Source of the DNA: a virus
Lineage: Duplodnaviria > Heunggongvirae > Uroviricota > Caudoviricetes
Virus record (IMG/VR): IMGVR_UViG_3300046810_000041
Location: 1-64,000 of that record
DNA: 64,000 nucleotides
Reading direction: 5' to 3' (one strand)
Shown: piece after piece, positions 26,753-34,293 of the stretch
Position numbering within the stretch: position 1 is the first letter of the stretch
How the letters are laid out: the number at the start of each line of letters is the position of its first letter
The notes under the pieces: model-generated
Told to the model about the DNA's origin: nothing
What the model saw: only the letters and a program-made list of their open reading frames with translations
Databases searched by the model: none
Translations under genes and position numbers: made by a program

Positions 26753-27147
26753 TGAGCAACTCTATCAAACCCTCTACGATTCTGATGCGTGCTTGTAACG
26801 CAATCGGTGTTGGTGAAGAGCATGGCATTCGTGTATTCTGCTGTAACGCGATCACGAAGGTTGTGTTTGACTATGTGCATGCGGGCAAGAAAGTCAAACC
26901 GCATTGGGATGAGCAGACGCATGAAGAGCTGGCGTACCTGCGTAATCTGTCCGAGTATAAAGCAGCTATGAAGTATCTGCTGATGTTCGCTCCGGATTGG
27001 GTTGTGGCGGACATGCTGACTTCCAACCCTCTGCATGAGAAGATGGAAGACGCTGTGTGGTTCCGTTATAGCACTCCTGGTTGTTTCGATGAGCGTATCA
27101 TTGCTCTGTCGATGGCTGCTTATATGGCCAAATCTGAAGGTAACTAA
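26752..27147 (+). CDS. Hypothetical protein (131 aa)
   Basis: ORF whose ATG overlaps the upstream stop. Confidence 0.45.
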   Translation: MSNSIKPSTILMRACNAIGVGEEHGIRVFCCNAITKVVFDYVHAGKKVKPHWDEQTHEELAYLRNLSEYKAAMKYLLMFAPDWVVADMLTSNPLHEKMEDAVWFRYSTPGCFDERIIALSMAAYMAKSEGN

Positions 27148-27265
27148 CCTGTAGTACTGTAGTCGAGGGCGCTTTCATAGGCCCTCAGTTGTTTAATTGT
27201 TTATTGTTTAACTGTTCGTATATTTCCGTTATTAGGATAAGCTAACATTATAAAAGGAAGTCATA

Positions 27266-27772
27266 ATGGCTCAATGGTCCATGCTACTAGATTCATCTCG
27301 TTCGCCAATGTATGGAGCAATAGTTGCACGCTCTGTACCTGAAGCAAAGCGAAAGTGTCTGATTCGGGGAGTGCCTGAGAACCTGATTCTAGAGTTTTAC
27401 CTGGGTATAAATCAGCCAACTGGTTTAGACTTTGCTAAATGGCTCGTCAAAGTTGATCAAGACTTTAATGGCGGGTTCATCCCAAAACATTTCACCTTCT
27501 ATGTACATTCGCAGAATGAAGAGGGGCGTGAAGCGATTAACACTTTGTTGAACGACTACCTGGAGGAACGTCGTAATAAATGGATTCAAGAGTTAGGCTT
27601 TGAAGATCGTAGAGACCGAAGGTCGAAAGAATATGTCCTCGAAGAGCGCCGCAAAAATCCTCCGAAGTTAGGTAGAAGGATTAAGCCAAGCATCTTATGG
27701 GGTAATCTTGATGGTTCAGACTTTGCTTTACACACTCGAAACAAACTGATTGAAGACAAAAGGAAACACTAA
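27266..27772 (+). CDS. Hypothetical protein (168 aa), AT-rich
   Basis: ORF. Confidence 0.45.
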   Translation: MAQWSMLLDSSRSPMYGAIVARSVPEAKRKCLIRGVPENLILEFYLGINQPTGLDFAKWLVKVDQDFNGGFIPKHFTFYVHSQNEEGREAINTLLNDYLEERRNKWIQELGFEDRRDRRSKEYVLEERRKNPPKLGRRIKPSILWGNLDGSDFALHTRNKLIEDKRKH

Positions 27773-27774
27773 GA

Positions 27775-27966
27775 ATGAAAAAGTTGTTTGTTACCACTTA
27801 TAACAAAACTACGGGTCACCTGAGCAGTAAAGTTGTTGAATTTCATACGAAGGCTGGTGCAGACGCGTTTATTAAATTGGCAGAGGAAAGGACTGTCAGT
27901 GATAACTATCCAATTGGTTATCAAGTAGTACCGATGTATGACGAAGAGCAGGGTTATTCATTTTAG
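27775..27966 (+). CDS. Hypothetical protein (63 aa)
   Basis: ORF. Confidence 0.35.
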   Translation: MKKLFVTTYNKTTGHLSSKVVEFHTKAGADAFIKLAEERTVSDNYPIGYQVVPMYDEEQGYSF

Positions 27967-27983
27967 GTATTAGGAGGTGTATC

Positions 27984-28355
27984 ATGAGTATCTTCGGTAG
28001 GGCAAAGGACAAGGTCGTAGAGAAATCATCTGATCTTGCCCGTCAAGCAGTAAGAGCAGTGAAGGGTCGTCCGAATGTTCAAACGAATCTCTCGGATGAA
28101 ACGGAGAAGGGTGGTAGAAAGAAGGTAGCACCGCAGTATCGGTCTGGGGCGAAAACTTCTCAGAATCAACAGAGGTCTAGCTCCAAGAACGCTTCTCCGA
28201 AAGGCTATAGTGAAAGGCTTCCGAAAGACTTGCCTCCTCCGGTATCACCTAATGATCCTCCCACAAAGGAACTAAGGGTGATACCAAGGCAGTTCTCGAA
28301 AGTGATGGATAGAATCACTCCTAAAGCCATACGGGATAGAAAGGAACATGATTAG
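27984..28355 (+). CDS. Hypothetical basic, low-complexity protein (123 aa)
   Basis: ORF with S/K/P/Q-rich composition. Confidence 0.35.
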   Translation: MSIFGRAKDKVVEKSSDLARQAVRAVKGRPNVQTNLSDETEKGGRKKVAPQYRSGAKTSQNQQRSSSKNASPKGYSERLPKDLPPPVSPNDPPTKELRVIPRQFSKVMDRITPKAIRDRKEHD

Positions 28356-28489
28356 TTTTTCGTTGCTAATTGTGGTAAGTAAATGCTTGAGAATAAAAAT
28401 CTGAAAGAGACAGAAGGTAGAGCACTTCCTTAATAATTCTACCAAGAGTTATTAATCAGTGCTCTACCTTCATCAACCCGAGACTTAAA

Positions 28490-28819
28490 ATGAAAAATAA
28501 ATTGTATCGAGTAGTAACTGGTAAGCCGTTTGTGGATAAATTCTACCATGCATTCTTCAAGGGCACTTTGGTGAAAACTAAAGATGAACCTGTGTATGGT
28601 ATGGTGTATGTTGTTGGAGAACATCCGCCTCATAGTGGTACAGCCTTAGGGCAGACTGTGAGGGAGAAAGATCTTGTGCTCGTATGTGAGTTCAACGATT
28701 CAAGAAACAAACGAGAAGGTAGTTTTAAGAAGCGTCGTGAGAAGAAAGCCCGAAAGGGCATCGTGGTAGTAGATATTGAAGCAGTACCAAATGCTGTACT
28801 CATGAAGTTAGCAGCATAA
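28490..28819 (+). CDS. Hypothetical protein (109 aa)
   Basis: ORF. Confidence 0.45.
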   Translation: MKNKLYRVVTGKPFVDKFYHAFFKGTLVKTKDEPVYGMVYVVGEHPPHSGTALGQTVREKDLVLVCEFNDSRNKREGSFKKRREKKARKGIVVVDIEAVPNAVLMKLAA

Positions 28820-28831
28820 GATTTCTCCTTT

Positions 28832-28916
28832 GGCGGCCCTAGGCTCCCTCTCTAAACATTCCCTTAATTGGGTTTGTTTAGAGAGGGAGCCTAGGGCCGC
28901 CTATTTTTTTTTTTTT
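28832..28916 (+). terminator. Very strong terminator: perfect 27-bp stem (28832-58/28875-901), loop containing CCCTTAATTGGG, then T13
   Basis: Perfect 27-bp inverted repeat ggcggccctaggctccctctctaaaca/tgtttagagagggagcctagggccgcc, followed by TAT and then T13. Confidence 0.7.
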
Positions 28917-29171
28917 GTTCTCTCAACAATAATGCTCTACGGTTACGCCTAATCCAGAGTATTGCCAGGAGCAAAGCTTGTGTCGGTCTAGGACGAGGGC
29001 TCAGACGCCTCACGAACGCTGTGCCTCGGACCAACCTGCTAGGCCTCCGGTCCAACCTGTCACCGAGAAACGGGCCAGCTAGCCAGGGCAACCGAGGGTC
29101 AATATAGAGCAATAGATCTTAGTTGTAGTTGTATAATAAAAGATAGAAAATCCCAATACGACTACCCTCGT

Positions 29172-29192
29172 CCAACCCGTTAAATTAACCCT
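29172..29192 (+). promoter_or_regulatory. Putative phage-RNAP promoter, exact 21-mer (copy 5) with a leader homologous to the region downstream of copy 1
   Basis: Exact 21-mer. The downstream sequence CTAAGCGCCGCCTCCCCTAGAGGAAC... parallels 3943-3975 CTAAGGCCGCCCTCCCCAGAGGGAAT... Confidence 0.6.
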
Positions 29193-29356
29193 AAGCGCCG
29201 CCTCCCCTAGAGGAACCTAAGAGGGTAATCCCTGGCTATTCTTCCCGGCCTATCTTATAGAGGAACCCCAGGGAGGCCTAAGGGATGACTAACTGTATTA
29301 TTAGTTATTATTAAACCTATTAAGAGAGAATCCTGAAGGATGACTCTAAAGATATC

Positions 29357-29731
29357 ATGGAACAAATAACCTTTAATGTTGTATCAAAGCCGAAATATGG
29401 TAAAGCCTTTAAATGGAACGGAGATAACTCTCTAGAGTTTCATACAGAATTAGCGAAAGCGTACTCTAGCAGATTTATGCTGACAGAGACTGAATCACTG
29501 ATATACCGAGAGAAGATCCTCCGAGTACGTGATTTCAAAATGGAATCCGAAGTAGTTGTTCACAAGAACGACTTCTTTATGGTCACAGACACAAATAGCT
29601 GTTGTTTGAGGCCTCATGAATTTGAAAGGTATTGGACTGTCAATGCATTTCATGATGTAGATTTTAAAGAAATATCTACGAAAGCAATTCCTGCTATTGC
29701 CTTTGTGAGGGCTCCGAGTGAGTTCTCCTGA
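29357..29731 (+). CDS. Hypothetical protein (124 aa)
   Basis: ORF, first gene after promoter copy 5. Confidence 0.45.
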   Translation: MEQITFNVVSKPKYGKAFKWNGDNSLEFHTELAKAYSSRFMLTETESLIYREKILRVRDFKMESEVVVHKNDFFMVTDTNSCCLRPHEFERYWTVNAFHDVDFKEISTKAIPAIAFVRAPSEFS

Positions 29732-29809
29732 GAGGTTTGGCAGGGTTTTTGAGTGGCCTAAGTGGTTGATTTTCTTGGGGTCGCTCTGATTTTCAACCCG
29801 GAACTTAAC

Positions 29810-30307
29810 ATGGATAATATAGAACAACCCAAAGCCAAGGGAGGTCGTCCCAAAGGCTCCAAGAACTTACGATCAAAAGAGGCATCGAGAGTATTAGCAC
29901 AATTAGGCTTTGACCCTATTGCCATGCTTGTGCGTACTCATGATGATGCACTCCGAAAGATTGCTATTGAAGAGCGTAAACAGAAGCCCTCTATGATTGC
30001 AATCGCTCAGTTGCTTGCTATTCAACAGAAAGCATGTGCTGAACTTATGAGGTATGGTTACGCACGTACCACAGAGACTCAGGAAGTCCTCACAAGAGAA
30101 CTACCTCCATTGCAAGTTACACTGACTCCTAAAGGATGGAAGCCTGGTGACCCTGTGCCTGGTCAATCTGGTGATCCTAATGAAGATGCTGTGTATGACC
30201 CTAGTGCTGCACCCGATGAAGAATATCCTGAGTATGATGGCCGCCCTGATCCTCTTGAGAATCTCCCTCCTGTGTTGAAGCACGATGACTTTGATGTAGT
30301 AGATTAA
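29810..30307 (+). CDS. Putative terminase small subunit
   Basis: N-terminal KAKGGRPKGSKN basic motif followed by helical segments, typical of TerS N-termini. The assignment rests on this N-terminal motif alone. Start trimmed to the ATG at 29810. Confidence 0.45.
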   Translation: MDNIEQPKAKGGRPKGSKNLRSKEASRVLAQLGFDPIAMLVRTHDDALRKIAIEERKQKPSMIAIAQLLAIQQKACAELMRYGYARTTETQEVLTRELPPLQVTLTPKGWKPGDPVPGQSGDPNEDAVYDPSAAPDEEYPEYDGRPDPLENLPPVLKHDDFDVVD

Positions 30308-30318
30308 TCGAGATAATC

Positions 30319-30510
30319 ATGTTTGATGTAACTGTGAAGAATAAACGCAAGCTGCAACCTCCTAAAGGTCGTAAGGCTGATTACCAAAACGATCGTGAAA
30401 AGAAGATCAAGCGTAATCCCAAAGATAAGCCAGAGCATGCCCGAGGAATTATTCCTGAAGGTTGGCCTAAGAAGCAACCTGCGTGGATTCTTCAGGAAGA
30501 AGGCGAATAA
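30319..30510 (+). CDS. Hypothetical basic protein (63 aa)
   Basis: ORF. Confidence 0.3.
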   Translation: MFDVTVKNKRKLQPPKGRKADYQNDREKKIKRNPKDKPEHARGIIPEGWPKKQPAWILQEEGE

Positions 30511-30511
30511 A

Positions 30512-30781
30512 ATGATCAATGCATACTGTGTTGGTAAAGAAGTGATGCCTGACTGGCTGTTTGAATTGATGAATGACAATAAAGTCGTTCTTACAATTCC
30601 CTTCCGAGGTATTGGTGTATCATCGGCATCTGTGCAAACTACTAAAGATGGCATCCAGGTAGCACAACGAGGGGATTACATTAAGCAATACCTTTGTGGT
30701 ACTCTGACGGTAGAGCGTGTAGGTAGTGTCAAGGTTAATGCTAGTGCCTTTGCTGTGCATAGCTCTCTGAATGGAATCTAA
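30512..30781 (+). CDS. Hypothetical protein (89 aa)
   Basis: ORF trimmed to the ATG following the upstream stop. Confidence 0.4.
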   Translation: MINAYCVGKEVMPDWLFELMNDNKVVLTIPFRGIGVSSASVQTTKDGIQVAQRGDYIKQYLCGTLTVERVGSVKVNASAFAVHSSLNGI

Positions 30782-30782
30782 A

Positions 30783-31187
30783 ATGATCGATAAGATTAAA
30801 GATATGCTGGGCCTCAATGCAGTAACGGTCCAGAATAACATCGTAGCAGGTGATCTGGTAGTAGGTGATCTTGTGAAATCTGTGCGAGGTCCTTGCTACC
30901 CTAACGGAGACCATATTGTACGTACTAAAGAAGCTGTTCGTGAGCACCTCAACAAGCCGAACATTTGCATTGTCGCTCGTAATATTAATATTGCGTATGA
31001 CTATGCTAAGCGCCTTGGTCTTGACCCTAAGTGGCGGTTTGTACGGTCTGCAATGTATCTTCGGGGTCTTGCAAGTGGAACTCCTATCTACGTCGTTGGT
31101 GAAAGGCGTGATATCGAGGATCTTGATGAGATAACCCGCGAGTGTCGTATCAGGAATTACACCCTGATGTTCATCAACGATCGCTAA
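30783..31187 (+). CDS. Hypothetical protein (134 aa)
   Basis: ORF; the stop abuts the first tRNA. Confidence 0.45.
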   Translation: MIDKIKDMLGLNAVTVQNNIVAGDLVVGDLVKSVRGPCYPNGDHIVRTKEAVREHLNKPNICIVARNINIAYDYAKRLGLDPKWRFVRSAMYLRGLASGTPIYVVGERRDIEDLDEITRECRIRNYTLMFINDR

Positions 31188-31192
31188 GAGAT

Positions 31193-31269
31193 ACCACTAT
31201 AGCTTAACTGGATAGAGCAAGAGTCTTCTACACTCCTGGTTGCAGGTTCGAGTCCTGCTAGTGGTGCCA
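31193..31269 (+). tRNA. tRNA-Arg (anticodon TCT)
   Basis: Cloverleaf folded by hand. 7-bp acceptor accacta/tagtggt, D-arm gctt..gagc, anticodon loop cTTCTAc, T-arm gcagg-ttcgagt-cctgc, encoded CCA. Confidence 0.7.
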
Positions 31270-31284
31270 AAAATTTTGGCTGGT

Positions 31285-31305
31285 CCAACCCGTTAGATTA
31301 ACCCA
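31285..31305 (+). promoter_or_regulatory. Variant of the 21-mer promoter motif (CCAACCCGTTAGATTAACCCA, 2 mismatches)
   Basis: Lies between tRNA-Arg and the Trp-like tRNA. Confidence 0.3.
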
Positions 31306-31309
31306 CAAC

Positions 31310-31395
31310 GTGCAGGTGGTAGAGCGGTCGAATACAATGGTCTCCAAAACCATCATCGAAAGATCACCTAGGTTCGAATCCTAGTCTGCATGCCA
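31310..31395 (+). tRNA. tRNA-like gene, anticodon CCA (Trp), with an unusually long 14-nt variable arm
   Basis: Acceptor gtgcagg/tctgcat, perfect anticodon stem atggt/accat with loop cTCCAaa, extra arm atc-gaaa-gat, T-arm ctagg-ttcgaat-cctag, CCA. 86 nt. Confidence 0.5.
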
Positions 31396-31440
31396 TTATC
31401 AACTCGTCATATTCTACGAGTCCCAAAAAGAATAACCCGG

Positions 31441-31516
31441 TGTCTTGTAGCTCAGCTGGTAGAGCAGATGACTGTTAATCATTTGGTCCTTGGTTCGATT
31501 CCAAGCTAGACAGCCA
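31441..31516 (+). tRNA. tRNA-Asn (anticodon GTT)
   Basis: tgtcttg...ctagaca acceptor with one mismatch, gctcagctggtagagc D-arm, anticodon loop ctGTTaa, T-arm cttgg-ttcgatt-ccaag, CCA. Confidence 0.7.
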
Positions 31517-31593
31517 CGATCAATATCCCCGTCGTACTCGAACGAACCGACTTAGAAGAATGCTAAGTGGGGATGCCAATTTAAAGGATCTGT

Positions 31594-31770
31594 ATGATAC
31601 AAGAAAAGAAGCACTTTATGAAGACGTGCAAGGCTGGCGGCGGTAGAGGCTTCCATTGTACTTGTTGCTATCCAGGTCCTCGTAGAAAAGATCGGAAGTT
31701 ATTTATGAGGAATGCACGTCGTAAATACAACCGAGAAATTAGCAAGTTAGTCCAAAGCGATTTAAACTAA
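31594..31770 (+). CDS. Small basic Cys-rich protein (58 aa; HCTCCYPGP)
   Basis: Short ORF between tRNA genes. Not in the track. Confidence 0.25.
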   Translation: MIQEKKHFMKTCKAGGGRGFHCTCCYPGPRRKDRKLFMRNARRKYNREISKLVQSDLN

Positions 31771-31774
31771 CAGT

Positions 31775-31850
31775 TGCGGGGTAGCTCAGCTGGTAGAGCA
31801 GTAGACTTTGACTCTATTGGTCGTTGGTTCGAATCCAACTCCCGCTGCCA
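31775..31850 (+). tRNA. tRNA-Gln (anticodon TTG)
   Basis: gcggggtagctcagctggtagagc 5' half, anticodon stem gtaga/tctat with loop cTTTGac, T-arm gttgg-ttcgaat-ccaac, CCA. Positions 1-72 are a U-U mismatch. Confidence 0.65.
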
Positions 31851-31951
31851 AGCCAGTCCTAGTGTACATACGTAAGTCCGCTCTTGAGGTGGTACGTCTA
31901 GTTGTAAGTAACTGTACAAGTGAAGGGAACACACTTTAAAAACCACACACT

Positions 31952-32029
31952 CTTTTCGTAGCTCAGTCAGTGTAGAGCACTTGGTTTGGGACCAAGGGGT
32001 CGTAGGTTCGAATCCTACCGGGAAGACCA
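31952..32029 (+). tRNA. tRNA-Pro (anticodon TGG)
   Basis: Acceptor cttttcg/cgggaag with G-U pairs, anticodon stem cttgg/ccaag with loop tTTGGga, T-arm gtagg-ttcgaat-cctac, CCA. Confidence 0.7.
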
Positions 32030-32135
32030 AACATGTAACACGTACCGAATGGACCTCGAAGGAGGCTTGTATTGGTGTATAGTCAAGGTGAAGATCTTAC
32101 TATGCCGTCACTCTACGAAACAGAGTAAGAACATT

Positions 32136-32212
32136 AGCGGTGTAATTCAGTGGTCAGAAGAGGAGCCTCATAAGCTCTGCGTCATTGGTTCGAATCCAAT
32201 CATCCGCTACCA
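32136..32212 (+). tRNA. tRNA-Met-like (anticodon CAT) with imperfect acceptor stem
   Basis: Anticodon stem ggagc/gctct with loop cTCATaa and T-arm attgg-ttcgaat-ccaat are clear. The acceptor pairs for only about 5 of 7 positions, so the boundaries are approximate. Confidence 0.5.
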
Positions 32213-32261
32213 AACATGGTCTGGAAACGACCCGGCAAGTGAAATGCTTGCAACAAACAAT

Positions 32262-32354
32262 GTATGTCAGCTGAATATTGGCTTAAGTCAGCCCGGTCTG
32301 TAACACCGGAGTCTCCTAGAGAGGGTTGGGGTTCGATTCCCTGGACATACACCA
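32262..32354 (+). tRNA. tRNA-Tyr (anticodon GTA), type II with long variable arm
   Basis: Perfect 7-bp acceptor gtatgtc/gacatac, D-stem ctga/tcag, anticodon stem ccggt/accgg with loop ctGTAac, variable arm tctc-cta-gaga, T-loop ttcgatt, CCA. Confidence 0.65.
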
Positions 32355-32754
32355 TCTACGCTTAGCACAGAACCGCAAGGCCAGCGGGCCACTGTGGAAG
32401 CTGATTGTGATAATTCACATGACTTTGCAGATTAGAAAGAAATCTGACCGATACCCATACCATCCATGGTGGAAGTGGTATTTGGAGGTGGCTCTACAAA
32501 CTAGTCTCATTCGGAAACTCCTATTAGCACGACGAACGGAAAGCCGAGATAGTTACGTGCGAAGCGTAGCGATGAGTATTAGAGAGCTCCCTGCCAAATA
32601 GTACTTCCTGTTGTTTAACTAAATGAAAGCTTCAAATGAGCTCTAAAACAATCCGTCGTCACCCGAAACCAATGCCTCAACCTGTATTCCGTCCTCGCCC
32701 TAAGTTTCTGGCCTGGGCTGTACAGAACATCTGCCGCACCTGGAGTAACATCAA

Positions 32755-32934
32755 ATGAACAACTTCATCTACTGGATCTCAGTCGGTTTGATGATTTTCT
32801 TTGTGCTCCGTAACAGTGCAAATAGCCCTCGCTCGAATGGTCTTAGTACTATTCTTGGGCTGCTTTTCGCGTTTGTCCCTTACATGAATACGATCGCAGT
32901 AGTGATCAACATTCTTCACTACAACAGGAAATAA
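32755..32934 (+). CDS. Small membrane peptide (59 aa), paralog of the next ORF
   Basis: Hydrophobic ORF MNNFIYWISVGLMIFFVLRNS... between tRNA genes. Confidence 0.3.
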   Translation: MNNFIYWISVGLMIFFVLRNSANSPRSNGLSTILGLLFAFVPYMNTIAVVINILHYNRK

Positions 32935-32936
32935 TC

Positions 32937-33098
32937 ATGTGGATTCTCTATTGGGTCTCTATGGTGGTTTGCCTCATCACTATCTTCCGTAATTCCAAAT
33001 ATCTAGGTGTTGATCGCTATTTCTTCTTTGCGATTATCCTCTCGCTTATTCCTGGTCTTAACACACTATTAGCCCTCTATGCTGTAGTGAGCGATTAA
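32937..33098 (+). CDS. Small membrane peptide (53 aa), paralog of the previous ORF
   Basis: MWILYWVSMVVCLITIFRNS... Shares the Y-W-hydrophobic-RNS architecture with 32755-32934. Confidence 0.3.
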   Translation: MWILYWVSMVVCLITIFRNSKYLGVDRYFFFAIILSLIPGLNTLLALYAVVSD

Positions 33099-33104
33099 CA
33101 ATAA

Positions 33105-33180
33105 GCCCTCTTAGCTCAGTTGGTAGAGCAGTTGATTTGTAATCATCTGGTCAGGGGTTCGAGTCCTCTAGAGGGCACCA
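33105..33180 (+). tRNA. tRNA-Thr (anticodon TGT)
   Basis: Perfect acceptor gccctct/agagggc, gctcagttggtagagc D-arm, anticodon loop ttTGTaa, T-arm agggg-ttcgagt-cctct, CCA. Confidence 0.7.
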
Positions 33181-33190
33181 AACAATCAGT

Positions 33191-33267
33191 TCTTCCATAG
33201 CTCAGTTGGTTAGAGCGCTGTCTTGATAAGGCAGAGGTCATAGGTTCAAGCCCTATTGGGAGTACCA
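33191..33267 (+). tRNA. tRNA-Ile (anticodon GAT)
   Basis: gctcagttggttagagc D-arm, anticodon stem ctgtc/ggcag with loop ttGATaa, T-arm atagg-ttcaagc-cctat, CCA. Positions 1-72 are a mismatch. Confidence 0.65.
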
Positions 33268-33273
33268 AACAAC

Positions 33274-33348
33274 GCGGGTGTAGTTTAATGGTAAAACAGT
33301 AGCCTTCCAAGCTTCGGTCGTAGGGTTCGATTCCCTCTTCCCGCTCCA
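33274..33348 (+). tRNA. tRNA-Gly (anticodon TCC)
   Basis: Acceptor gcgggtg/ttcccgc, short D-arm, anticodon stem gtagc/gcttc with loop cTTCCaa, T-arm taggg-ttcgatt-ccctc, CCA. Confidence 0.65.
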
Positions 33349-33360
33349 TTACATAATATT

Positions 33361-33642
33361 ATGACAACTTTTCCTTTCAAAGACTTCGAGAGTAAGCCAA
33401 TCACACGGCAAGCTTTCCAGATTAAGCCTGATGTACTCATCAAAAAGACTCCCAACGAGTCTGAGTACGAAGCTCACGTGATCGTCCATGGTGACCCTGC
33501 TACTGCAGCCGTTGCTCGGACTATCACGTTTAAAGCTTACGAAGAACCTCAACAGAATGATTGGATTGTTCGTCTTACTGAGACTGACACTTACCACGTC
33601 ACTGATAAAGTCTTCCGTGAGCGCAACATTGTAAACGACTAA
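33361..33642 (+). CDS. Hypothetical protein (93 aa)
   Basis: ORF directly after the tRNA cluster. Confidence 0.4.
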   Translation: MTTFPFKDFESKPITRQAFQIKPDVLIKKTPNESEYEAHVIVHGDPATAAVARTITFKAYEEPQQNDWIVRLTETDTYHVTDKVFRERNIVND

Positions 33643-33643
33643 C

Positions 33644-33847
33644 ATGAAAGCACTCATTATGTTCTTTCTCGCTACTCTGGCAGGTGTTCTCGGTGGTGCT
33701 CTTATGCATCTCTGGCGGGGTAACTTTATCCTGGACTTCCTGGTAGGTATTCTGTGCTGGATTCTCGTCTGTGTATTCCTGGGTGGAAGCACTGGACGTT
33801 CTTCTGGTCAATCTTCATTCGACTTCGACGTAGACTTCGATGATTAA
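33644..33847 (+). CDS. Small membrane protein (67 aa, two TM segments), holin-like architecture
   Basis: Hydrophobic segments LIMFFLATLAGVLGGALM and FLVGILCWILVCVFLGG. Function unproven. Confidence 0.35.
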   Translation: MKALIMFFLATLAGVLGGALMHLWRGNFILDFLVGILCWILVCVFLGGSTGRSSGQSSFDFDVDFDD

Positions 33848-33913
33848 CTTCTTACTAGGTATTGGTGCTACACTCCTTGTAGTGTTCGTCATTTACCTGT
33901 ACATAACCCTGAA

Positions 33914-34285
33914 TTGGAATTTTCACTAATGGATGAAACCAAAGTAGAAAAAGAACTGCAGGCTGCTGGTTGTACTGGTCCTCGGCTTACTCCCGATATG
34001 ATTAGTGCGGCTATCAAGACTGCTCAGTACTATGTCTTCCCTGGAACTACTCTGACTGTTTGCTGCGTTACGCTGCAGAATGGTTATACTGTTCTGGGTG
34101 AATCGGCTTGTGCTGATCCGGCTAACTACCGGAAAGACCTGGGCGAGAAATATGCCTATGAGAATGCTAAGAATAAAATCTGGGCGCTCGAAGGCTATCT
34201 GCTCAAGGAAGCAATTCATCAGATTCAGCTTCAAAATCTTACTGCACAAGCAATGCAAGCGAAGATCGATAGCATGGATCGATAA
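33914..34285 (+). CDS. Hypothetical protein, resembles the Gp49/Gp66-type family often found next to terminase genes
   Basis: Conserved-looking block YYVFPGTTLTVCCVTLQNGYTVLGESACADPANY. Lies immediately upstream of the large terminase. Confidence 0.45.
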   Translation: MEFSLMDETKVEKELQAAGCTGPRLTPDMISAAIKTAQYYVFPGTTLTVCCVTLQNGYTVLGESACADPANYRKDLGEKYAYENAKNKIWALEGYLLKEAIHQIQLQNLTAQAMQAKIDSMDR

Positions 34286-34293
34286 GGAGCCAT

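Noticed and set aside
31767-32601. Track ORFs inside the tRNA cluster (31767-32030 minus, 31986-32303, 32326-32601, 33143-33349 minus)
   Set aside because: They coincide with hand-folded tRNA genes (Gln, Pro, Met, Tyr, Thr, Ile) and translate tRNA sequence. Not coding.
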